From the NCBI GenBank assembly GCA_043228905.1, contig JBHGNT010000005.1:15004001-15068000 (forward strand): 64,000 bases of DNA, given 5' to 3'. Below are positions 33,667 to 45,965 of the stretch, one piece after another. The position numbers and the translations under genes were made by a program. Source of the DNA: Azolla caroliniana. Taxonomy: Eukaryota; Plantae; Polypodiophyta. How positions within the stretch are numbered: position 1 is the stretch's first letter; each line of letters opens with the position of its first letter. The notes beneath the pieces were generated by a model. It was not told the origin of the DNA, did no database searches, and was given only the letters and a program-made list of their open reading frames with translations.

Positions 33667-36600
33667 TGTCACGTTGTTATGTGCGTGCGTGTAGAAAGGG
33701 GCGGGCGGGACCACGGGGGTCTTGGACCGAGGAGCGAGAGAGAGAGAGAGACAGAGAGAGAGACAGATTCACCGACACGTAGAAGCGAGAAAGAGAGAAA
33801 CAGAACGTAACACTTAATTATAATGACAGAGATTACAAACTCCGACAGTTACAACCGACCAAGCGGCGACGGGCCTGACACGGGGACCCTACTCACGCAC
33901 ACCAACGACAATCACCGACTCAAAGAAACAAGAGGGGAAGGGGAGCGACTCTGCTGCAAGCACACGGGCTATCCACGAAGCAGAGGCAGCGACCTCCCGA
34001 CACCCGAAGAGAGCGACGATTCGAGTCCAAGAGAGAGAGCTCCGCCTTTCGTTCTGTAGCAACCCCCTTCCTCCTCCTTGCGCGCCATCCCATTTTTCTC
34101 TTCTCTTCTTTCTTTTATTCCCTGTCCCCTCTCTGGGATACGCACAATCCCCTCTAATAAATGCGTGTGGCTTAGTAGTCACATCCATCGGTTCGTGTAC
34201 AAAGTATACAGTCACGCGTCCATCCGTGTAGGGGCCAGTTCACACGCTTTCTCTCCGATTCCGCCTATGGCCGGTTTTCTTCACGACATCCACCCCCACC
34301 AAACTGCACATCCACCGGTATGCGCCAGAGACGGGTAGATATCGAAGAAACCCGGCCTCACTCGTTGCTCTCCGGTTCTCCGCCGGACCCGAACTGATCG
34401 TCGTTGTCGCTCCGGCTCGCAGGCTCCGGCTCGTCTTCGAACCAATTTTTGAAAGCTTTGATCCGCTTTCCAGCCACCGGCACCGCTAATCGTGTCCCGT
34501 CGAGTTCCGTGAGGTGGTACGTGCCGTTGTCGTTCGTGCTCGTCACCATGTAGGGCCCGAACCATCTCCTAGAAAACTTTCGCACCGCCTTGTGCTGATT
34601 GTCAAGGCTGCTGTTGTATACCAAGACCCGGTCGCCTTCCTCGATCTTCTTTGGTCGCAACCGGTGCGTCCGGTTGAACCGGGTCTTGTTCCGCTCCCTC
34701 GCCGCTCGCAGCTTTTCCTTCGCCTGTATCACGTCCTCCGGCCTCCGCTCGAGTTGCCGAATCCGCGCCACCAGCAACTCCTCCTGGCTCATTTCGTCCT
34801 TCCAATCTAGCGCCGCCCACGAAGAAACCGTCCGTTCCACCTGCATGATCGGCTTTTGTCCGTACATTAGCTCCGTCGGCATAAACCCTGTCACCGAACT
34901 GTGCGTAGTCTGGTCCGCCCATAGCGCGTAAGGAAAGAGTCGCGGCCAATTCCCGACCTGCCCACCGCATGCACGCACCAATGCCTTTACAATCGGTCCG
35001 TGCCCACGTTCCACCTTTCCGTTCACCTCTGGATTGTACGCCTGGTGAGGGAGAGTTTGACGCCTAGCCGGTCGAACAGCTCCTCAGCCTCCCGCGCATG
35101 CAGCTCTCCCCGGTCCGCCACGATCCTCCCGACGCACCTGTACCGACACACTACTTCTTCGATTAGGAACCGGCATACCGCCGCGGTTGTCTTGCTTTGC
35201 AGTGCACGGCCTTCCACCTGGTTCGTTAGGTCTTCTCGCGCAAGCACTAGGTATCTCATCTGTCCTACCCCCATCGGCATCATCACCAAGTCCACCATCC
35301 ACTTGAAATGGACCATAGGCGGGTAGGTCGGGTGGAGCTCGTCCCGGTGCCGGACTACGGAGTGCACCTGATAGCTTTCGCAAGTCGTTACGAACCGATG
35401 CACGTCCTGGTATAGCCCCGGCCACCAGTACTTCTCCTTCAGCTTCTCGAACGTGGCCCACGTTCTGCGGTGTCCGGCCCATGGGCTCTCGTGGAATGCC
35501 GCCAGTAGTTTCCCCTCTTCTTCTTTCTTTGCCACTACTCGGAGTGGGATGTCGCTTCTCTTCTTTGGGTGCTTCCATATGCACCCGTCCCGCAGGAAGA
35601 ATCGGTACGCCTTCCTCCGTATTCGGCTCGCCTCCTCTCTCGCCCATGCTGCGTCCGGCGTCATCGTCCGTAGGAACCTCCCGATTTGGAGCCACTCCCT
35701 GTCGTACCTGCTTTCGTCGAAATCCTTAAGCGCCGGAGTGTTCCCCTTCCTTCTTGTCGTTACGTTAGCCGACCCGAAGAAGTCCTCGCCGACTTCTTCG
35801 TCTTCCGAAACCATGCCGTCTTCGTTGTTGAACCTTGCCCTCAAAAGCATGTCAGCCATGGCGTTGTCCTTTCCGGAGATGTGCCGTATTTCCGGGTTCA
35901 GGGACATAATGTACGCTATCCACCGGAGCATTGCTAGGTCCGGCGTCACGCATCCGGAAACCATGCCCAGTATCGGCAGGCAGTCCGTCTCGATAATCAC
36001 CTCCGTCCCGATCAGATAATCCTTGTCGGCCTTGACTGCCGAAACGACACCCCAAAGTTCGTGCTTAACTTGGGCGTACCCTTGCTGCCGCTCGCTCAAT
36101 ACCTTCGCCCCGAACCGGATCGGGAAGCGTACGATGCCCTTGTCCTCCTAACTGATCACCCACCCGATCCCGGTCGGGTTGGTGTCCACTGTTACGCAGA
36201 TGGGAACATCCTTGCCGTAAACCGCTTTACGGAGAGCCGGCGCTACCGTAAGCGCCTCCTTTAGTCTCTGAACCGACTCCGTGTGCTCTATCTTCCACTC
36301 AAAGCTACGCCCCTTTTTCAATAGTCCGTAGAGGGGTTCCGCGACATGTGCGTAGTGCGGGATCCAGATGTGGTAGAACGCGCATGCCCCCAAGAATTTG
36401 TGGACCTCTGTGACCGACCTGCAAACGTTCCTCATCGCGGAGATGGCCTCTACCTTTGCCGGAGACGGTTTCCTACCGTAAGGCCCGCACGTCCGACCAC
36501 CAAGATCTCCGACTACCCGAAGGCCGACTTTTCCCCGGAGAAGGTGAGCCTCACGTGCTCTAGTCTCTGCAGCACCTTCTCGCAGTCATCGATGTGGGAC

Positions 36601-37610
36601 GCCACGAAAATTCGACATCCGTCCGGCCCGATTGCCTCGTCCCTTTTCTCCACCGGGCATCCCTTGATCGGGATGTCGTCTAAGAATGGCATGGTGATGT
36701 CCGGGATACAATCCCTGAGCACTTTGTTCATCGCGTTCACCATGTGAGCCATTGAGTTCGTCCCTCCTTGTGGCAGGGTACACATCCGCACTAGGCCAAG
36801 AGGAGTCCGCATCGTCGTAATGTCTCTGCTCTCCACGACTAGTTGGAACTGATCGTACCCCGAGTACAGATCACCGACAGAATAGATCGACCTTCCAGTG
36901 AAGGCCTCCGCGAACTCGTCTATGGTCGGTCCGATCCCAGCATTATGGATGGTCACCTTGTTGACCGGTTGTAGGTCCTGGATGAAGCGTAGCGTGCCGT
37001 TCTTCTTCGGCACCGTAAACCACCGATTCGAATACGGGTCACTCGACGGTTTGAGGATGCCCATCTCCACCTTTTGCTTTAGGAGCTCCATCAACTTCGG
37101 GATGTGAGCTCTTGGCACCGGAATCGGCTTGAGATTCCACGGTACATGCGGTACCGTGAAGATCACCATCGGTTCGACAATTGTTGGGTCTACGCACCCG
37201 ATCTCCTCCGGTGAGAATGCGAAAGCCTTCCCGTGCTTTCCGAGCATTCTCTGAAACCGGTCCTCCTCCGCCGGCAGTAGGAAGCCGCCCCCACCGACCT
37301 TGAGCTCCCATAGCGTTATGTCGGTGAATCGGTTCCCTATGCCAGCCGGATTCCGTAAACTTGGGTTCGACGCGACCCCTTTTATCCGCTCCTCGCTGCC
37401 CTCCGGCAAGGGTGCCGCGACTGGCCTCACCTTCCAGTCCATAGTCTTGTATTTCGTATCCACGCGGGCCATCTGATCCGACCCGATCCTTTCCCCGAAG
37501 TCCGCGATGACTTCGTACAATCCCATCGATCCTACCGGAACGGTCTGGTCTTCTCTAAGGTCTTCATCGATAACCTTTCGTAGTTCGCCCAAGGTGTCGT
37601 CAATCGTCAA
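33667..37610 (-). mobile_element. GC-rich Ty3/gypsy element, 5'-truncated, frameshifted pol (RT-RNase H-integrase) plus 3' LTR
   Basis: RT (GDLYSGYDQF, LPQGGTNS, PFLDDIPIKG), RNase H (VTVDTNPTGIG) and integrase (HESPWAGH, NGKVERGH, WFGPY). PPT GGTGGGGGTGGA precedes LTR 34288-33667 (TGTCGTGA...GTGACA). Confidence 0.92.
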
Positions 37611-38114
37611 TATCTAGAAAAACCGGGTCCTCAATCCAAGACGACTCGTGGCACTCGTCGTTTTAAAGGGGGGATAGTGTCATGATATGGCAAGACTCGA
37701 ACCCATGACCTTAGGTTATATGGGTAGAGCTCTTGACCATTATATCATCTATTATAATACGTAGGATATTATTTTCATTTACATTTTATTATAGGAAATT
37801 AATGTATATTCCAGATTTCTCTGGAACATTCTAGAAGCTTCAGGATTACTCCTGTAAACACTATAAAAGAGGGCACTAGGCATTATGTTGAACCAAATTG
37901 GTTCAACGCCAGTCTTAAAGCCTTTTAGCCACCATTGTATATTCTCTTCACATAATACATATCTTTCTTATCATCACTCTCTCCCTCTCTCAATCTCTCT
38001 CTTTCTCTCTGTCTCGCTCACTTCTTCCTTCTCTCAAAGAAGTTCTACACCTCTAATAGTACTAATCCTTCGTTTAGTACTAATTCCTTCTCTATCTTAG
38101 TATTGTTCCTGACA
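37611..38114 (+). mobile_element. 3' end and LTR of a Tcn1-like chromovirus
   Basis: GGCACTCGTCG..AAAGGGGGGATAG-TGTCA parallels 47011-47043. LTR 37678-38114 ends CCTGACA. Confidence 0.8.
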
Positions 38115-38372
38115 AGAGTTGACCCACCACAAGATAGAGTCTCGACATAGTCAACCAGATGATTAAATGAGGGTAGCTAGGCCTCTTATTTATAACGATA
38201 CCCAAGGCCCCCAAGCAAGTTCACACTTGGCCTAATGGGTTGTCTCAATCCCAAGGATTAAAAGTAATCCTCCCCTTCTTTACACTCTCGTTTAACCCTC
38301 ACACTTATCCACGTGTATAGAATACTACGGTAAATTCTCACCACGGGATATTATATGGTCATGCCTGTAACA
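38115..38372 (-). mobile_element. Partial LTR of the 21603-31002 chromovirus family
   Basis: Highly similar to 21805-22062, ending GCCTGTAACA. Confidence 0.9.
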
Positions 38373-40242
38373 GGAGATCTACATGCATCAACCAGAAGGA
38401 TTTGAGAAGAAAGGGAAGGAGCACCTGGTGTATCGGCTAAAGAAGAGCTTATACGGACTGAAGCAAGCTCCTCGGCAATGGTACCGGAAGTTCGACTTCT
38501 TCATGACCGACCAAGGGTACCACAAAACGCAGGCCGATCACTGCATGTTTGTGAAGAAATTTGACAGAGGAGACTTCGTGATACTCCTCTTATATGTGGA
38601 TGATATGTTGATCGTCAGACGAGACCAAGGCAAGATTCGAATGCTGAAGAAGGCTCTGAACCGGACCTTCTCAATTAAAGACTTGGGTCCAGCAAGATAG
38701 ATATTGGGAATGCATATCATCTGGGACCGGTCGAAGAAGCTATTGTGGCTGTCATAGGAAAAGTATGTGACGAAGGTGCTTCTGCGGTTCAACATGTCGG
38801 ATGCGAAACTGGTCAGATCGACACTTCCGGCAAACTGCAAGCTATCCGGAAAGTAGAGCCCTAGGACAAAGGCAGAGAAGGCGGATATGATGAAGATAAC
38901 ATATGCCTTTGCTATCGGGAGCCTGATGTACGCAATGGTGTGTACCCGGTTGGATATCAGATATGCAGTCAGAGTGGTGAGCCGATTCATGAGAAATCCC
39001 AAAAGAGAGCATTGGAACGCGGTCAAGTGGATACTCTGGTATTTGAAAGGCACCTCGAGTATGTGCCTCCAATTCAGCTTTGGTAAACCCCAACTCGACG
39101 GATTCATGGATTCGGACATGTCGGCTGATGCGGATAACAGCCGGTCTACATCTAGTTATGTCATTACTTATGCAGGAGGAGCTATTTCGTGGCAGTCGAG
39201 GCTACAAAAAATAGTTGCATTGTCAACCACAGAAGCGGAGTACATGGCAGTTGTGGAAGCCGGCAAGGAGATAATCTGGATGAAGGACTTCATCGGAGAG
39301 ATAGGGATTCAACAGGAGGAATACCGGCTCTACTGCAACAATCAAAGTGCCATCCACCTTGCAAAGAACGCGACCTACCATTCCCAGACGAAACATATCC
39401 AACAGAAGTACCACTTGATCTGGGAAAGAGTAGAAGATCAAGAGTTTGTGCTTATGAAGATCCACATGAAGGAGAATAGGTCGAACATGCTGACCAAGGT
39501 GCTGACAACTGACAAGCTGGAGGCGTGCCAAAAGCAGATCAAGCTAACAAGACATCCTACGCCGGAGTGAAGGGGGAGATTCTTGGGAAATTGGTCCCTC
39601 CGGATGGGATCCAGTGATGAATGAAGAGGACCCGGTTGTTGGGAGACAGGTCCCTCCGGATGGGAAGGGAGGAGAACAGTGTTGATGAACAAACTCGGCC
39701 GAGGCTGATAGGCCGAGGCCGGAACCGGATGAGGAGTACCCGGCTACGGAGAGCCGAATGGTGAAGACCCGGTGAGGAGTGCTCACCAGATGAAGAGACA
39801 CATTCGTAAATATGTTTCTGAGAGTCCATAGAGGCTATATTTGTAAATAGCCGAAAAGTCATATTAGTATAAATATGATTTAGGGCAAACTTTTAGTTGT
39901 TGTTGTCGTTTTTGCTTTTGCACAAGATTATAGCGCGTAACAGTGTACAGAGAGAAAGAGAGAGAGGAAGAGGTCACTGCCTCTATTGTAACCGCCACCT
40001 GTGGCGAAGATCGTGAGCACGAGGTCGTTGCCTCCGTGAACTCACTGTTGTACATTCTAGCATAGTGATAGTTTGCAGCCTGTGGGCTGCCGTGGTTTTT
40101 TCCCTAGTTTGGGTTTTCCACGTAAACATCCTGTGTACTCTTCTCTTCTTTGTGTCGTGCGTTTCATTTCCCATTTTCTGTGTATGATTCTAAGCTCGGT
40201 TGTGGCCGAGTGTTGCGTATAGAGAGCGTGCAGTTCCCGTCA
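38373..40242 (+). mobile_element. 3' half of a Ty1/copia element (RT-RNase H pseudogene plus 3' LTR)
   Basis: LYGLKQAPRQW, LLYVDDML and ALSTTEAEY motifs, PPT GAAGGGGGAG, LTR 39581-40242. Coding part closely resembles 63355-64000. Confidence 0.9.
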
Positions 40243-40716
40243 CCGGTGAGAACCGAAAGAGAGCCGGTGAGAACCAGAAGAGAGCCGGTGAGAACCGAAA
40301 GAGAGACATATATGTAAATATGTTTCTTGAGTAAGCCTATTGAGGCTATATTTGTAAATAGCCCTAAGTTCATATAAGTATAAATATGACTTAGGGCAGT
40401 CACTTTATGGATATGTTGTAGGCATTGTTATATTGTTGTATAGTGAGAGCGACAGAGAGATACAGAGAGATACAGAATGATACTCTGTTGTAACCACCAC
40501 AGCTCGAGGTCATTGCCTACGAGTCTCTGATTATACCCCTTCTCTTCATAGTGATAGTTCAGAGTCTGTGGGCTCCTGTGGTTTTTCCCTATTAGGGTTT
40601 TCCACATAAAAATCTTGTGTTCACCTTTTTAGTTCCCATTTCTGTGTTCTCCATTCTCATCGAACTATTCAAGACTCGGTTGTGGCCGAGCAATATTCCG
40701 CGCTAATTCTCTACAC
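40243..40716 (+). mobile_element. Remnant of a related copia LTR (target of the preceding element), starting with three 21-bp repeats
   Basis: CCGGTGAGAACCGAAAGAGAG x3, then homology to 60010-60482. Ends CTCTACA. Confidence 0.8.
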
Positions 40717-43700
40717 TATGGAGTCCACAACAAGCAAGAATATATGCATGTTCTCTCTGAGCTCGACATGCTAACAACCAAATTCGTGGCACTAGAGCAT
40801 GACAATCAAAGATTACTAGGAGACCTACAACAAGTGCTGAGAAAGTACAACAATATGAAGAATTATCTCAACGAGTGCATCAATTAGAGGCTACTCTATT
40901 GCAACGAAAGTGACGGACGTTCAAACCTCGTCGAAGGAACCCAAGATTAGTCTGCCAGCCAGGTTTGATGGTACAAGGTCTCAATTTTGTGGAATTTTAA
41001 ATCAGGTACAGCTTGTGATTAAATTGCATCCTAGTCGTTACCCAACTGATGTTGCTCATGTGGGACTAGTTGGTACCTTGTTCACGGGTACCGCATTAGC
41101 GTGGTTTGCACCACTCCTAGAGAAGCACTCATCATTATTAGAAGATTTTGGAGGGTTTATTAATGAGTTCAAAGCCAACTTTGGAGACACTGATAGTATG
41201 AGGACCGCAATAAACAAAATTCGGCGATTACGACAAGGAGATCGTCCTACTTCCGCTTATGCTGTAGATTTTCGCCTTCTAGTATGTGATATTCCATGGG
41301 ATGAGGCGGCATTAATGGACCAATTTCTTCAAGGTCTGTGCAATGATGTGAAGGATTTACTTCTTACCTTCCATGATTATCCAAAATCTCTTACTGAAGC
41401 AGTAAGCCAGGCCGTGCGATGTGACAATCGCTTATTTGAGCGGCGTTCTGAGCGCCAACAAATGTTACGTTTCCGACCAACAGAAATATATGCTTCAATG
41501 GTCGCAACTCCACCCCAATTTATCAAAGTCAAGTGTGGTGGAAGGCCGTACTCCAATGGAAATCGAGACAACACGACGTCAAGGACCATTATTGATTGCT
41601 GAAAAGCAACGACAGCGAGTGAATCGTCTATGCCTCTATTGTGGTGGTCCAAGGCATATTGTTGTGAATTGTCCACATAAACCACGATGACAAGTTAATC
41701 AAGTAAGTGCTCATGTCAATCCTATATCAATTTCTGCCCCGCCTTCTCGTAACCCAAGTAGGCCTAGTAGTCCCTGTCATAAAAATATATTTGATGTCTT
41801 GCGCCAATTAGATGATATGTTAAACGAGTAAGTCCGGCCAAAATCGGAGCCATTTGGTTGGACAGCCCGAGGCATGTACCCTCCATCTCTAGTTATGGTT
41901 CCATTTCATCCGGTCAAGTTAGTCGAGTTTTCTCTGCACAAGTTGAGTTTAACACATCTAGGTGCCATCGAGTCCCAGCTTCTGCCCTCTTAGACTTTGG
42001 AGCCAACTCTTGTTTCATGGATCGTGAGTTTGTTGTAATGCATAATATTCAGTTGCATAAGCTCCCAATCCCAGTGTCTGTCGGAGTCATTGATGGACGC
42101 CCCATAACATCAAATGATATAGTTGAAGAGTCTGAACCAATTCGTGTAGTACTAGGCAATTTGGCTAGTGTCATCTCATTCAACATCATTAGTAGTCCAA
42201 AGCACTCCCTAGTCTTGGTCTTTCATAGTTTGAGCTACATAACCCAACTATTGATTGGAGAAAAAGAACCATTGAAGAGGTCACAATACAATCTGAGTCT
42301 CTTAAAACTCCAACAAAGGATATGACATTCCAAAAGATTTCGACAATCTCTATACATCAGCTACGTGAGGAAGGACGGAAGGAAGACATGTTGGTGTTCG
42401 AAGTTTTAGCAACTCCCACATCGAGTTCACAGGAATCAGGGGTCCAACTACCGAAGAAATATGTAGAATTCTCCGATGTGTTTGATAAGGTGAAGGCCAA
42501 TAGACTACTAGAGCATCGACCATATGATTGCCCGATTGATTTGCAGCCCAGAAAAGACATGTTGGTGTTCGAAGTTTTAGCAACTCCCACATCGAGTTCA
42601 CAGGAATCAGGGGTCCAACTACCGAAGAAATATGTAGAATTCTCCGATGTGTTTGATAAGGTGAAGGCCAATAGACTACTAGAGCATCGACCATATGATT
42701 GCCCGATTGATTTGCAGCCCAGAAAAGAGCCTCCATGGGGGCCAGTTTATAACCTTTCTTCCACAAAGTTAGAGGTTCTTCGGGAATATATCGATGAGAA
42801 CTTGGCGAATGGGTTTATCCAGCATTCAAGATCTCCTGCCAGCACACCCATATTTTTCGTTAAGAAGAAAGATAGTTCGCTTCGTCTAGTCGTGGATTAT
42901 CAAGGATTGAATAAAGTGATATGCTCTACCATTGATTTCGAACCTTCTGGAACGCCCCAGTGGAGCTAAGTATTTCACAAAGTTAGATCTTCGAGCTGCT
43001 TACAATCTTGTTCGAATTCGTCCTAGGGATGAATGGAAGACTACTTTCCGTACTCGATATGGCCATTTTGAGTGTACAGTGATGCCATTTGGTCTCACGA
43101 ATGCAGCAGCAGTTTTCCAACATATGGCAAATGACATTTTTCGAGATTTCCTCGATATTTTCATCATAGTTTATCTAGATGATATCTTGATCTACTCAAA
43201 AGCTCAAGAGGATCATGATATACACGTTCGACAAGCTTTGGAACGATTGCGTGAATATGGTCTTTATGCAAAATTGCATAAGTGCAGTTTTGACCAGCGT
43301 CAAGTGGAATGTTTGGGGTACATTGTCTCTTCATATGGCATCTCTATGGATCCAGCAAAGGTTCAAATAGTTTTGGATTGGCAAACACCACAGTCTGTGC
43401 GAGATGTACAGTGTTTTTTCGGGTTCGCAAACTTTTATCGCAAGCTCATCAAAGATTATTCAAAGATCGTATTGCCCCTCACTCAACTAACACAGAAGAA
43501 TCGACCATTTGTGTGGAGTATAAATGCAAACTCTGCATTTGAAGGATTACAGCAAGCATTTACATCTGCACCAATTTTGATGCATGCTGATCCATTGAAG
43601 CGCTTTATACTTGAAGCCGATGCATCCAACTTCGCACTAGGAAGCGTATTATCCCAGATTAGCAATGATAGCCAACTGCACCCTGTGGCTTTTCATTCAC

Positions 43701-44620
43701 CGAAATTCGAAGCTGCAGAAATCAACTATGAGATTCACGACAAAGAGCTTCTTGCCATTGTGGATTCTTTTCAACAATGGTGTCATTTTTTGGAGGGTTC
43801 GTCTCAACAAATCATTGTCTATAATGATCACAAAAATCTAACGTACTTCCAAAGTGCTCGAGTCTTGAGTCGTCGACAAGCTCGTTGGGCACGGTTCCTA
43901 ACTCGTTTTGATTTCGTAATTCTATATCGCCCTGGGACGCAACAAGGAAATCAGATGCTTTATCTCAGCGTTTGTATATGGAACTTCAACCATGAGAGGC
44001 TGCATTTGAAAATCAGAAGTAAATCCTCCTGGGTCCTAACCGTCTACGACTAATGTCATTTCATGCTATAGACACACCCGGGGATTCAAGTCTTCTGGAC
44101 TCCATTCAGGAGCATATTGAGACTGATCAATTCGCCCAAGACATTCTGAACCATATTATCCCAGATCGCGCTTCTTGTTCACAATCTCAAAATCCTCGTC
44201 AAGACTACAACCAGTTCAATTGGCATGATGGTTTACTTTTTCGACAAAATCTCTTATATGTGCCTGATGGTCCTTCTCGACTCCAAGTCTTGCAACAATG
44301 TCATGACACACCAATGGCTAGAAATATCGGCATCCACAAGACTTTGGCGTTAATTTCTCGAAGGTATTGGTCGCCACAACTTCGCCATTTTGTTACGGAT
44401 TATGTTCGTAGTTGTGATACATGTTGCCGATCCAAAAAACCTCGACATCATCCATATGGCTTATTACAGCCAATGGCCATTCCTGAGAGTCCATGGAAAT
44501 CTATTTCATTGGACTTCATTAAGGATCTACCACCTTCCAAGGGTTTTGATTCTATTCTTACGGTAGTAGATCATTTTACCAAGATGGCACATTTTCTTCC
44601 CTGCACAAAGGCCATTACGA

Positions 44621-45965
44621 TGTCGTGATGTTTTTGACACATAGTGTGAAACCACCCTCAAAAGAGAATAAAATAGTGGTCCAAATAAACTAATTTTCTT
44701 AAGTCAAGTATAGTAATAAATGAAAGGATAAAAAGTTAGAAAAGGTTTTCGAAAGTAGACAAAAATAAAGAAAAAGATGGGAAAAGAAAAGTAGTCGTGG
44801 ATATGAGCAAGGTCGAGTAAAAAGCTCATAATTTCCTAGTCAAATTTCCAAATTAGAAAAGAAAAGCTGCATAAGAAATCTAACCTAAAGAGCTTTCCAA
44901 GAATATATTGCATGTGAAATTTGAGGCTAGAAAATAGAAATAGTGAGGAAAAGAAAAGTCGACTCATATAGAAAAGGTTTTTTTAGGGGGAAAAGGCAAG
45001 CAATCCTAAACCTATAAATAAGAGCCTATTCTAGTGAAGAAAGGGGGGGAGGGAGAAGGAATGTGGAAGCTCTACTCAAATGGAAAGCGGAAGAAGAAGG
45101 ATCAACAACATCGAGTGGCATCATCAACAAAGAAACTCCTTCTATAGTCCACTCTCTTCGTTCCTCCACCTCTCTTCCCCCATTCCTTTATAAACAATCC
45201 TTCATATTCACATCCAACCCATTGTAACATGATTCTTATATTATAAAAGAATCTATTATATTGATATAAATTAATGTTTTCTTTCATCTACTTGTCTTAT
45301 GTGTAAATCTTGATTGTGCTTATTTGTTATCGTCATTTGTGCTTATTTGTTTGTGTGTCTTGTGACAAGGGAGCGTTTCAGGCTTGCCCATGCACCTCTC
45401 CTTTCACAAAGGCATTCAAACCTACGTGTCTTATATTTTATCTTCGTTTGTGCTTATTTTTTTGTGTGTCTTGTGACAAGGGAGTGTTTCGGGCTTGCCC
45501 ATGCACCTCTCCTTTCACAAAGGCATTCAAACTTACGTGTCTTGCGTGTTAGTGTAAATCGTGCTTGTGTGTCCGTGTGACTTGTGGCAAGGGAGCGTTC
45601 GGGCTTGCCCATGCAACTCTCCTTTCACAAAGGCGTTCGAAATTGTGTCTCTTGTATGTGAACCTTGCTTGTGTGTTCATGCGACTTGTGGTAAGGGAGC
45701 GTTCAAGCTTGCCCATGCACCTCTCTTTTCACAAAGGCGTTCGAAATTGTGTCTCCCGTGTGTAAACCTTGCTTGTGTGTTCACGTGTCTTATAACAAGG
45801 GAGCATTCGGGCTTGCCCATGCACCTCTCTTTTCACAAAGGCATTCGAAACTCTGTCTCTCGTGTGTGTGAGGAAGCCTTTTCCTTGTGTGTTCGCGTGT
45901 CTTGTAACAAGTGAGCGTTCGGGCTTGCCCATGCACCTCTCTTTTCACAAAGGCATTCGAAACTC
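44621..45965 (+). mobile_element. Truncated LTR-like insertion in the chromovirus integrase
   Basis: Begins TGTCGTGA right after PCTKAIT, has TATA CCTATAAATA at 45011, and ends in a stem-loop array before host integrase resumes (ELLMREVFRHHG). Confidence 0.75.
45355..45965 (+). repeat. Tandem array of six ~105-120-bp units, each with a ~60-nt stem-loop
   Basis: Core GTGTCTTGTGACAAGGGAGCGTTCGGGCTTGCCCATGCACCTCTCCTTTCACAAAGGCAT repeated six times. Confidence 0.92.

Noticed and set aside
34514-36747. Numerous overlapping antisense ORFs
   Set aside because: Expected shadows of a GC-rich pol gene.
45355-45965. CRISPR-like array or hammerhead ribozyme (minus strand has hairpin-GAAAC...GTC)
   Set aside because: Spacers are homologous to each other, there are no cas genes and the context is eukaryotic. 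The hammerhead CUGANGA core is missing (GGTGCAT in its place).
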